Positions 9,559 through 19,800 of a DNA stretch of 64,000 bases are shown here, in pieces. The stretch is taken from positions 32,001-96,000 of IMG/VR virus record IMGVR_UViG_3300034155_000027; one strand, 5' to 3'. Below the pieces are notes generated by a model. That model did not search any database and was not told where the DNA came from. It saw nothing but the letters and a program-made list of their open reading frames with translations. Position 1 is the first letter of the stretch. Every line of letters starts with the position of its first letter. The position numbers and the translations under genes were made by a program. This DNA is from a virus (Duplodnaviria > Caudoviricetes).

Positions 9559-11712
9559 TTAACCTCCAGTTCCATCACCAGTTACAGCTTGTTGTATTTC
9601 TTGTCCACGTCTTTTTGTATATACTAAATTTGCAGCGTTTGATACTTTTTGATCGAAATCTTTTAATACTATATCTATTTTTAAAGGATCTGCTCGTACA
9701 TCCATTTGAATTGGTGGAAAAGTCCCTTCATTCCACGCATTAACTGGAGTAATTTCATTTGTAATATTTCCTGCATTTTTATTTATTGGAGCTAATTCTG
9801 GTTGGATTCCTCCAATAGGAGCTATTCCAGCGCCTGTACCTGGAGGCAATCTAGCTCCAACAGATTCTTTTAAAACATCTAATGAGTTATCATTGTTTTT
9901 ACCAAAGACTTGATTTATTGAATTTTTTATTGTTTCATTTCCTTTATTTATGAAATTCATAAAATTTTCATTTTGTTTTTGTAAAATATCTTCTCTTGAT
10001 TGTGATACAAAATCTGTTGATTTTTCAGTTGGTAAAACTCCTGTAGTTCCAGATCTCCCCGCTGCATTTGTCATTGCTGTTTTAGAATCAATAGTATGTC
10101 CAATTTTTAAAGCTTGTTCTATTGCTGGTAAAGTATCTTTAATAATATCATTTGTTATTAATTGTTCTTTTTCTAACCATTGATGTAATCTCATTACTGC
10201 AGATGTAGTTCTAGATTGTTCTTCCCCACCTCTGGTTACTGCTGTTTCTAGTGTTTTAGCATCTCCTTGAGTTCCCATTGTTTGAGATAAATTACCCAAT
10301 GCACCAGATTGCATTGCCTCAAGAATTCTATAAGCCTCACGATCAGTACTAGCAACACCAGCTATTTGTGTTAAATATTGTACTTGTTTATAAAACTCAC
10401 CAGACATATCTGGGTTTTGTGCGGCTTCTTTTAATGTAATTATTTGTCCACCAAACTGTTGCTGCATAGCTTGCATTGTTTTGGATAATACTTCATCCAT
10501 ATGACCAGTTTGCATTGCATATTCCATTTGATATGCTCCAGCTAATCCTCCTGGTCCACCAGTTTGCCCTGATACAAATGACATTTTTGCTAAATCTAAT
10601 TTTTGAACTCCGGCAGTCATTCCTGTAATTACTTCTTGCATAGCCGCTGGACTAATATTACTATTTTTAAATGCTTTATCAAAAGCCTCTACAACATTTG
10701 TTGCTGCATTGGTGTTATCACCTAACATTTTAAAGCTTTTAGCAATATCAGTTACTGTAGTAGTAAATGATTCAAAACGTAATTTAGAATCACCTGCTTT
10801 ATCATATATTTTTGCTATAGCTTCATAAGCACCGGTTCCACTAGTACCTAAATTTGTATACATGTCAGATAATAGTTTTCCAACTTCTGCTTGATTTCTA
10901 ATAAACCCAGTAGCCAATTGAGAAGTTGCAACTAATTGACTAATTCCAGCTGTACCAACCTGTACATTTTCATTCAAAGCACCAGGAATTGATCCAATTG
11001 TTTTTGATAAATCCATTACTGAGCTTACTGTTTGACCAGTAGCTGAAGCAGCAGTATATGTCATATTTACCATATTCATATACTCCTGGTCCATGTTTTT
11101 AAAAGAACCATTAGATTCATTAATAACAGTATTAAAATTACCCTGAGCTGCTGCTAAATGTAAAATCTCTCTTTGTAACCCATATGCTGATGTAGCTGCT
11201 TCTGAAAAATTAGTCATCATTTCAGCAATTGGTTTAGTTACTGCTTTTGATAATAATGGTTCTACATCTTTAAATGCTTTAGATATTTGAGAACCAGCAT
11301 CATAACCTGCTGTTCCTAAAGACCCCATCCCCGTAATAGCAGAAGGAATAATATCAAACATTTTTGCACCAACCAGTGCAACTTCCGTTCCTAAAACGCC
11401 CCAACCGTGAGACATTAAATCTTGGTTATTAAGATATTTAGTTACATTATCTTCTACTGTTTGAAAAAACTGAATAGATTTCATATCTAATTTTTCAATT
11501 TTATCAAGCCAAGATCCAAAGGTTGTAGTCCCTTCTGCCATTTTTGAAATAACAGCAGTTTGTGTTTCTCCTAATTTTTTAGTAAGATCAGAAACAAGAG
11601 CTACTTTTTCACCTGCTTTAGACATTCCTTCAATATAATTACTAAGATCTGCGTCTTTTGTAATTTCTACAATTTGTTTAAGTTGGTCTAGAGTAAATGT
11701 TGTTTCAGCCAT
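9559..11712 (-). CDS. Tape measure protein
   Basis: A/G/T/M/Q-rich helical protein downstream of sheath, tube and chaperones. Confidence 0.7.
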   Translation of the reverse strand: MAETTFTLDQLKQIVEITKDADLSNYIEGMSKAGEKVALVSDLTKKLGETQTAVISKMAEGTTTFGSWLDKIEKLDMKSIQFFQTVEDNVTKYLNNQDLMSHGWGVLGTEVALVGAKMFDIIPSAITGMGSLGTAGYDAGSQISKAFKDVEPLLSKAVTKPIAEMMTNFSEAATSAYGLQREILHLAAAQGNFNTVINESNGSFKNMDQEYMNMVNMTYTAASATGQTVSSVMDLSKTIGSIPGALNENVQVGTAGISQLVATSQLATGFIRNQAEVGKLLSDMYTNLGTSGTGAYEAIAKIYDKAGDSKLRFESFTTTVTDIAKSFKMLGDNTNAATNVVEAFDKAFKNSNISPAAMQEVITGMTAGVQKLDLAKMSFVSGQTGGPGGLAGAYQMEYAMQTGHMDEVLSKTMQAMQQQFGGQIITLKEAAQNPDMSGEFYKQVQYLTQIAGVASTDREAYRILEAMQSGALGNLSQTMGTQGDAKTLETAVTRGGEEQSRTTSAVMRLHQWLEKEQLITNDIIKDTLPAIEQALKIGHTIDSKTAMTNAAGRSGTTGVLPTEKSTDFVSQSREDILQKQNENFMNFINKGNETIKNSINQVFGKNNDNSLDVLKESVGARLPPGTGAGIAPIGGIQPELAPINKNAGNITNEITPVNAWNEGTFPPIQMDVRADPLKIDIVLKDFDQKVSNAANLVYTKRRGQEIQQAVTGDGTGG

Positions 11713-12070
11713 TATTTAAAAGAACCTTGCGTTTTTTGCGTTTTTTAGTGTTTGGTTGTGATTTTTCTAAAAGTTCTTCATGAATTAAATTTGTTGTAGT
11801 ATCAAAATCACTAGAGGAATAATCAGGGTTTTCGTTTTTAATCATTTTTTTAGCCATTTCTGGATTAAAAAAAGATCCTATTAAAATAGCTTGGTTTCTT
11901 AATTTTTCTAATTCTATTTCTTGATTATATTCCCATGACTTATACAACCATATCTTTAAATATGGGTTAATATTCTCATAAAAAGGATCATCTGGAAGTT
12001 TACCGAAGGTTTCGACTAAATATCTAATAAATTGACTTTCAGGAAGTTTAACTACTTTTGGTAATGGTAT
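11705..12070 (-). CDS. Tail assembly chaperone GT-type extension (no good start; likely reached by frameshift)
   Basis: Frame open 12070 to 11705 (..KVVKLPESQFIRYLVETFGKLPDDPFYENINPYLKIWLYKSW..), overlapping the end of the upstream chaperone. Confidence 0.6.
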   Translation of the reverse strand: MPLPKVVKLPESQFIRYLVETFGKLPDDPFYENINPYLKIWLYKSWEYNQEIELEKLRNQAILIGSFFNPEMAKKMIKNENPDYSSSDFDTTTNLIHEELLEKSQPNTKKRKKRKVLLNNG

Positions 12071-12695
12071 TCACCACCTCTTTTACTTCTTCAGTATTTG
12101 TTGGAGTATAACCATCTATAGTTTCGGTACTTAAAATTTGATATTGTTGAAACAAATGAGTTATTAAACTATTATCCATTTCTTGAATTAATTCTTTACG
12201 ATATTCAACCTTATCTGAATATTCTTCATTAATACAACCTAATACTAAATCTATAGATTGTCCATCGATCATAAATAAAGAATGTGCTAATACTTCTACT
12301 TTAAGCCTAAATAAACTAGTAGGCGCAAAAGTAACATTACCATCTGCAGTAGTTATTCTTTCTGATGTTTCAATAACTTGGGAAACACAATTTTGTTCAA
12401 GTGTTTTTAATGTTCTTAATGTAAAAATAATTTTACCATTAATATCATCATTAATTTCAACATTTCTGGTTTTCCTTCCAATTCCAGTTAGTATTTCAAT
12501 TCTTTTTTTACCTTCTTGTAATTGTGTATTTTCTTGTTGTTGTAATTTTTCTTGAGCTTGTTGTCTTAAAAGATTTAAATCATCTTGAGTTATTTCTCTA
12601 CCAATTACTTTATTAGATTGGTTACTATCTCCAACCGTCCATTTTTTTCCAGAGTTACCTGTATTACTTTCTCCAATTGAACTATGTATTTTCAT
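12048..12695 (-). CDS. Tail assembly chaperone (gpG-like)
   Basis: Lies between tube and tape measure; FTLRTL motif, acidic helical C-terminus. Confidence 0.6.
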   Translation of the reverse strand: MKIHSSIGESNTGNSGKKWTVGDSNQSNKVIGREITQDDLNLLRQQAQEKLQQQENTQLQEGKKRIEILTGIGRKTRNVEINDDINGKIIFTLRTLKTLEQNCVSQVIETSERITTADGNVTFAPTSLFRLKVEVLAHSLFMIDGQSIDLVLGCINEEYSDKVEYRKELIQEMDNSLITHLFQQYQILSTETIDGYTPTNTEEVKEVVNTITKSS

Positions 12696-12715
12696 AAATT
12701 TTTCCTTAGAAACAG

Positions 12716-12744
12716 ATCAATCCTTCGGATAAGGAAGGATTGAT
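12716..12744 (-). terminator. Stem-loop after tail tube gene
   Basis: atcaatccttc-ggataag-gaaggattgat, perfect 11-bp stem. Confidence 0.6.
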
Positions 12745-12783
12745 TATACTACAACTAATTATATATCAAGGTGAAAAATTAAA

Positions 12784-13428
12784 CTAAGCTGAATCTACAA
12801 CTTTAATTAAACCAGCGGCATCCAAACCACCACGACGTCTACCAATATCTGCTTGTTTTTCAAAATAATCATTATCAATAACTTGTAATTGACGAGCAAG
12901 AGGAGCATTGGCTGCGGAATTTCCTTGTCCAATATATGAATATATATGTTCAGCTTTCCAGCTCATATCTTCAACAAGGACAAAGTTATCTGCTTGGAAT
13001 TTTTTAGCTAATTTACTTATCCAAATATTTTTAATAACTGTTGTAACAACATTATCAGCATTACCAAACCCATCAGCATCATCTTCGTCAGCTGCAAAAA
13101 TATCTAAAATTACAATATCAAATGGAATTCTCTGGGAATGTGCATGAACAAAACCACGAGAAAAGGCCGCTGCAATTCCAAGATTATCAAATCTTACACG
13201 GTTACAATTGCCAGTAATATTCGTTGATTTATCAGGAACAGAATCAATATGACCATCTGTTCCTACCTCATCAATTTCTCGAATACTTCTATCTTCATCA
13301 ATTGATAAACTTTGAATTCCTCCAATTGTGTTTCCATCAACTTGGATGATTATATTGGTACTAACCCCTGTTCTGGTAGTGTTTCTACCAGAATCTGTTA
13401 AAATTGAACCTGTGTGTGGATATACCAT
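12784..13428 (-). CDS. Tail tube protein
   Basis: Follows sheath; IIIQVDGNTIGGIQSLSI..EVGTDG..PFDIVI..VEDMSWKAE. Confidence 0.75.
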   Translation of the reverse strand: MVYPHTGSILTDSGRNTTRTGVSTNIIIQVDGNTIGGIQSLSIDEDRSIREIDEVGTDGHIDSVPDKSTNITGNCNRVRFDNLGIAAAFSRGFVHAHSQRIPFDIVILDIFAADEDDADGFGNADNVVTTVIKNIWISKLAKKFQADNFVLVEDMSWKAEHIYSYIGQGNSAANAPLARQLQVIDNDYFEKQADIGRRRGGLDAAGLIKVVDSA

Positions 13429-13484
13429 TCGAGATCACCTTTAAAATTATACAACTATATTAGTTGTTTTATTGTTTTGTTTAA

Positions 13485-15959
13485 TTAGTCTAACCGCCCA
13501 ACACTTATAACAATGTAAATCCAGTTTACACCATATGTTGGTTGTACTTTAACAGTTATATTCCACTGTCTTGGTTCTACAGCATCTTTTATAATTGTTA
13601 AACCAGCGTAATTTGTGATTAGTTTTTGCTGAATAAAAGATTCCATTGCAGAATGACCAACATTAAACAATGTAGATTTTGTAGTATTTGTTTCAGCTCT
13701 ACCAACATAAGGAGCATAAGTCCTTCGTAAGTTTTTTGAGATTCTATCTCTAATAAACACAATACTAATTTCTTCTTCTGTTGCCTCTAAACTATCTGTA
13801 GTTGTTTTACCCCAAATAACCCTTCCACCTCCAGCAACTGGAGTTAATAATGTAATTCCAGAATTTACAATATTTTCAGTTACTGTAGGACTATATAGTT
13901 TAGATCTTGATAATGTAAACCCAGTTAATATTTTATTGGTAATTGGTTCTTGAATTTGTGTGTTTCCAGAAAAATATCCAGCCATTGCAGCCGCAATAAA
14001 CAAACCGTTTACAGTAAGGCTATTACTTCCAGCTTTTACAACAATATCATCAGGATAATTATAAACCGTTCTATAAGTATCTCCAAATGCATTTTGTACA
14101 CCATAATTAGCTAAATCTTCTGTATTGCCAGATAGAATTTCACTAACATCATCTCCTTGAATACCTTCAAGAACTCCAATATCTTCAACAGCCGCATCTC
14201 TTGTACCAATTACATTTTGTGGTGTTAAACCACTAATTCCACCAGTAAGTAAAACTCTTTCTTTTCTATTTCTAATATTGCTCATGGTCTCAACATGAAC
14301 TTTACCAACTTGAAGAATAGAACTTATTGTTTGTGTTGGTAGTGGTACAACCATATCAACTTCAATTCTTTCTAAAGCCTCATATGCTTCGGTCCAGTTA
14401 GCATCAAAAAAATCTGCATCTTTTGTATCTACTATAGTTGCTCTTAAAGACTCTCCTAGATTTAATGCAAGATCATCTGTAAATATAATTCTTGCACTTG
14501 AAGAAATTGAATCTAATACAAAAAATTCTACACTTGTTTCATTTCCACCAACCCCATCAGCTTTATACAACACTAATTTATTATTTGAAATTCCAGTAAT
14601 TGTATAAATACCATCATTACCAACTGTAGAGTTTTGAATCTCTAATGTTCTAGTAGCTGCTAAATCTTCAAGAGAAAAATCTACAGCGTTACTAGCAAGA
14701 GTTGCTGTATTTGCTCCGGTTGTCACAAAAACACCATCCAAAGCTTCTTTTTGAACTGAGCTATCTAAAATTACAGTATAAGAATAATCATAATCAGTTC
14801 CAGTAATGAAACCATCTGGATTAGCCGTAATAGTAGCGTTGTAAAAGGCAACCTTATTGGGAATGATTTGAGTTTCTTCATGTGTTGTTGGGTTTGTGAT
14901 AAAGAAATTAATATTTGAATCAACATCAGGAATAATATTTAATGGCAACTCAAACGTTACATCTTCAGGATCACTTTGACCATTTGCCGAAGACACTAAT
15001 GAATAAGAAACTCTACGTGGAATTGCTGGTTTTGTTTGAATAGCATATACGCCAGGGGTTCCGTTTGCCCATGCTAATTGAGCTCCTAAAGATAAAGTAT
15101 TAGTAGCTGATGGTTGTCCGTGTTTTGCAGCTACTGCATTTAAATCATCAAACCATTGTGGATCATTTAAATCAATTTGAGAAATATATCTAGCAGATAA
15201 ACTATCACCTTCAACTAAAGAACCACCACTAACCTGAATAACAAAATTATCTCCTTCTTGGAAATAAGTTAAACCTTCAGAAATTGAGAATCTAAGAACA
15301 GTATTATCAACAACCGAACCATTAGACTGCCAAGAAACCTGATTACCATAACCATCTAAAAGAATTCCGCTTTCTGAACCACGAGCAATAAATCTAGCAT
15401 ACCCATCAATAGGGTTTCCATTTCCATCTCTACGAACACTTGAACAACGAATAGTCCAAGTTTCTGGTGGAGCATTAACATCGATTAAAGAAAGATTACT
15501 AATTAAACCATTACCAACGTTAGAACCTGCTGGTAAATAAAATTCTCCACCTTGATCTACTAATGATGCAGCTTGTAATTCTATTTGTCCGGTAACAGAA
15601 TCTAATCTAGCATCATATTTAGAATCAAAAGCATTAGAATCAATTGTATCTTCTAATACACTTAATTCAACACCATTTTTAAATAATCTAGAACGATTTT
15701 CAATTACTGGAGCCACAACAGTACGGCCACCTCCTAAAAGAAAGTGTCTACCATCAGCACCTGTAGTAGATGTATAAGATGAGTTTAAACCATCATTACC
15801 ATTCCCCTGGGCAGATCCAATTAGGATTTCTTCTTTAAGACCTTCTCCCATAAGCACAGCAATACGATTACCTGCTGGAACAGCAACGCCACTCTGAATT
15901 GTTTGAGCTTCAGAATATGCACCCGGAACTACATTCATTGCACCTGAAATATTGGCCAT
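13485..15959 (-). CDS. Contractile tail sheath protein with insertion domains
   Basis: N-terminal PGAYS; C-terminal AAAMAG..EPITNK..WGKTT..EISIVFIRDRI..VQPTYGVNWIYI. Confidence 0.9.
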   Translation of the reverse strand: MANISGAMNVVPGAYSEAQTIQSGVAVPAGNRIAVLMGEGLKEEILIGSAQGNGNDGLNSSYTSTTGADGRHFLLGGGRTVVAPVIENRSRLFKNGVELSVLEDTIDSNAFDSKYDARLDSVTGQIELQAASLVDQGGEFYLPAGSNVGNGLISNLSLIDVNAPPETWTIRCSSVRRDGNGNPIDGYARFIARGSESGILLDGYGNQVSWQSNGSVVDNTVLRFSISEGLTYFQEGDNFVIQVSGGSLVEGDSLSARYISQIDLNDPQWFDDLNAVAAKHGQPSATNTLSLGAQLAWANGTPGVYAIQTKPAIPRRVSYSLVSSANGQSDPEDVTFELPLNIIPDVDSNINFFITNPTTHEETQIIPNKVAFYNATITANPDGFITGTDYDYSYTVILDSSVQKEALDGVFVTTGANTATLASNAVDFSLEDLAATRTLEIQNSTVGNDGIYTITGISNNKLVLYKADGVGGNETSVEFFVLDSISSSARIIFTDDLALNLGESLRATIVDTKDADFFDANWTEAYEALERIEVDMVVPLPTQTISSILQVGKVHVETMSNIRNRKERVLLTGGISGLTPQNVIGTRDAAVEDIGVLEGIQGDDVSEILSGNTEDLANYGVQNAFGDTYRTVYNYPDDIVVKAGSNSLTVNGLFIAAAMAGYFSGNTQIQEPITNKILTGFTLSRSKLYSPTVTENIVNSGITLLTPVAGGGRVIWGKTTTDSLEATEEEISIVFIRDRISKNLRRTYAPYVGRAETNTTKSTLFNVGHSAMESFIQQKLITNYAGLTIIKDAVEPRQWNITVKVQPTYGVNWIYIVISVGRLD

Positions 15960-16072
15960 TTAAAATCCTCTAAAACTTATAAGTATCAATTGTTATGTTG
16001 TACTATTGATATTTTAGCTCTTTCTAAACTATACTTTAATATGCTATTATTCCTAAATTTGTTACCAAAGAA

Positions 16073-16879
16073 TTAAATATTTTCTATTTGATCTAATATA
16101 GAAATTGTTTGGTTTATCATTAAATTTGGATCTGTAATATCCATTGACCCAATAACCCCAAAATCTACACAAATATTAATTCTTTCAATTACCCCATCTA
16201 TAGGAATTAATCGTCTCCATTCTGTTCTAATATCTACAGATACAGTAGCTTTATATAATTTATCTTGTTGACGATCTTCGCTTTCTGATATTCCACCCAT
16301 ACTTGGTTGACCAGACTTTACTAAAATTCCTGCTTTCCTTAAACTTTCAAACCTAATATCAGCAAATAAAAGCATTATTATACTAACCAAATTATCACGA
16401 TCAAAAATATCTCTAGAAATTATATCGATAGATATTGTACCTTCCCACGCACCTGCTAAATCAATATATTTTGGTATAAAATATTCTTTTTCGTTTCCAT
16501 ATCCATCAATTACTAATTGCTTTTCATATTCTACAACTTCTTTATTTCTATTAAACCCAATTGGTACAGATTTAGCAGATGTCATTTTTACTAATACTGC
16601 AGGATAATATATTGCATCAAATCTAAAAGCCTCACCAATAAATATACGTGTTGTTGAATCATCATTATACCCAGCACCTAAAGGAAGATCTGTATGATCT
16701 GGAACCTTTGGATATCCCCATTCATCACATGTATATTTATAATATGAATCTTTACTAAATTCTTCTCTTAACATCCCAATGATTAATTCTTTAGGATAGG
16801 ACATCAGAGTGTTTTGTACCACATTATAAATTTGATACAAATCTGTTCTGACAATATTTCCTGTTGCAGGAGTAGTCAT
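16073..16879 (-). CDS. Tail terminator / neck completion protein
   Basis: Immediately upstream of sheath; YPAVLV..GTISIDIISR..RDNL pattern. Confidence 0.55.
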   Translation of the reverse strand: MTTPATGNIVRTDLYQIYNVVQNTLMSYPKELIIGMLREEFSKDSYYKYTCDEWGYPKVPDHTDLPLGAGYNDDSTTRIFIGEAFRFDAIYYPAVLVKMTSAKSVPIGFNRNKEVVEYEKQLVIDGYGNEKEYFIPKYIDLAGAWEGTISIDIISRDIFDRDNLVSIIMLLFADIRFESLRKAGILVKSGQPSMGGISESEDRQQDKLYKATVSVDIRTEWRRLIPIDGVIERINICVDFGVIGSMDITDPNLMINQTISILDQIENI

Positions 16880-16896
16880 AGAAAAATACTAGAAAA

Positions 16897-19800
16897 TTAG
16901 TATAAATATTTTAAAGTTGGTTTTAACATAGTTAATGAACCCGCTCCAGTTGGACCAATATAACAACCTGGTTTCAAAATATCTTCAGTTGTTCCTTGTT
17001 TTATCCTAATTGTTGCAGTATTATTTAATGGTTCATTTGGTCTTTCACCAGTATATAAAGCTCCGTTTCTATAGGTTAATCTAAAGTTACCATCAGTAGA
17101 AATATTATATCCTAATACTTTTCTATTATTAATTTCTAAAACCAGTTCAGGATATGCATTATTGGCTATTTGTCCTTCTAGTGTAGAACCTGTAACTACC
17201 CAATCTCCTACAACGGTTACAGTTATATCAAAAGACAATAAACTAGTGTGTTTTGGAATTAAAGAATAAACAGGAATAACAATTCCAACCGTACCATCAT
17301 TGGTTGCTCCAGAACCATCCCATGTCCAAATTATAGAGTCTGTATTTTCAATTCTGGCCAAACCTGTATTTGGTGTTCTGCAATATAATGAAATTCTTTC
17401 ATTGCCCACTGCTGAAATATTAGGATCAGAAGCGGGTGTAGGTGTTTCGTTAAACAATAATGATGATACTGGGAAAACTGTCGCCGAACATTCTGAAACT
17501 TGATTTATATTATGTGCAAAAGAAGAGTTTAAAGGATTCCAAATGCTACTTCTAATAACATTTAAATTAGTAAAATAACTACTTCCATAAGCATATCCAT
17601 CATATCCGTCATAACCATCATAAAGTTCATTTGACAATATAAAATGACTCATATTATTGCCATATACAGACGCATCAGTATTAGCAAAAATAAAATAAGA
17701 TATATTAGTTTCATCACGTTTGTGTAATGTATTACCAATAATTGTACTTGGCTGATCAGGATGGAATCCAAAGTTAAATATTCCATATCCATTTGTACTA
17801 ATATTATTTATTATATTTCCAGATATTGTTACACCACCCTCAGTATAAATATTGTATAAATATCCATTTACTAAACCGTCAATAATATTATCAGAACATA
17901 TTACGTTTGAAACATCAAACGAATTACTCACTGTTGTAATAGCTCTTTTATTGTTTATATCATCATATAATGGAATAAATTTATCAATTAAAATATCACT
18001 TCTTCTAGTAATAATATTTTTAGAAATAATTGTTTTTAATTGATCTACACCAGCTGTCGTTTCTGCTTTTAGATAAGAACAAGTATTTCCTTGAATTATA
18101 TGTTCTGTAGAATATCCATGTGTATCTGTAATGCTTAATCCATAAGTAAGATTTTCAGTATGCATTGTAGCTGTAATACCATCTAAAATTACTTCAGATA
18201 TATTGTTTTCAATTAATAATTTTCCACCATCAGTAAGATAACAAATATAACCAAATTTATTATTTGTAATTTTAATATTATCTATATTTACTTTATTAAC
18301 AGATAACCATTCTCCAGCCGTACCGTTTTCTTGAACCGAAGAAGCACTAATTAATAATCCTTGATTATTAATTGCAATATTTTCTGAAATTATTATGTTA
18401 GAAAATGTTGGAGATGTTAATGATGTGGGGTCTGTATTTGCAAAAGCAATTGCTAAACAATATGTACTGGTGCCTTCATCTATAAATGTGTTACCAAAGA
18501 ATTTTCCATTTTTAAATGTTGCATTTGGACTGTAAATTCCAATAAATGGAGGCCGTTGTATTCCAGAATAATAAAATGTAGTATTTTCTATTCCGAAATT
18601 TTCCATGCTTATAACAGAAGAAATTGCTATTGCTGCCCTTGATAATTCAACATTAAAAATATTTGAAATATGAGTATACCAAGGATCTTCTAGTGTATAA
18701 AACACTTTAGCATTTTTAATTTTCCAATTACCAGAAGCAAATATCAAACCTTCAACAATTTGAACATCATAAGTACCACCAATTAAATTTACTTCTTTGG
18801 TAAAAGACAAAGTGGTAGGTGAATCAATTTTAACATATTGTACTTGTACTTCATTAACACCATATTCATTTACCCAGTTCATTAATGAATCTGGTGTTTT
18901 AAATGAAGAATTATACCCATCTTCACTTTCAGCCATAGAAAAACTAAACGTGCTAATATCTTGATTATATACAAACCTACGAGCATCAGTTACTTCTAAT
19001 AAATTATATGTTATAGTTCCAAGTGAGTTTGCAACTTGAGCTTTAACTCTTGCAATAATTGTTAAATCTTTTCGTTTATCAACAATTTCTGCAAATGTTA
19101 ATGTTTCTACAAAATATTCATAATCAGCAGTAAAGAATTGTGATCCGTTATCTTTAATTATTGCTTTTAATTGTCCAGTCTCAGTAACACAAATAAAGAA
19201 CTCTAACACTGATGTTAAAGTTGTATATATTTCAGGAAGTTTAACATCAAAAGAATCCATAGCAACAAACGAACCATTTACTAATGCCATACCACCAGTA
19301 AATTCTAATACAGATTGTGTAATTCCAGTTTGTTCATACTCAAAACCACGCACAATTCCGTTTGTGTGTAAATACCTTTCTCCAGACTCAATAAATTGTA
19401 TTGCAGAATCAGTGAAATTTTCTTCTGATAAAGTACCAAACTCTCTTAAATCTGTAATTGATTGATATGTCATACTATCATGACTTACACCAGCTACAGT
19501 TAAATATTCATTATGATTTCGTAAACTTGGGAAAATTTCAATATCTACATATCTTGAAATACTATCTATTGGCAATAATATTGAACCAGGAGAATTTGCA
19601 TTTTCTCTAAATTCAATATCAATAAAGTTTACATATGTATTATCATAAAACCTAACAGGAAAATCTTTTCTTCCTCTAGTTAAAGGACCATTATTAATGG
19701 TTCCATTTCCAACAGGATCTCCAAGATATCCATCAAATTCTCCTGTAATTTGATTATAATCAGTTACAACAAATCTTGTAAAATATCTAAAATCATTTCC

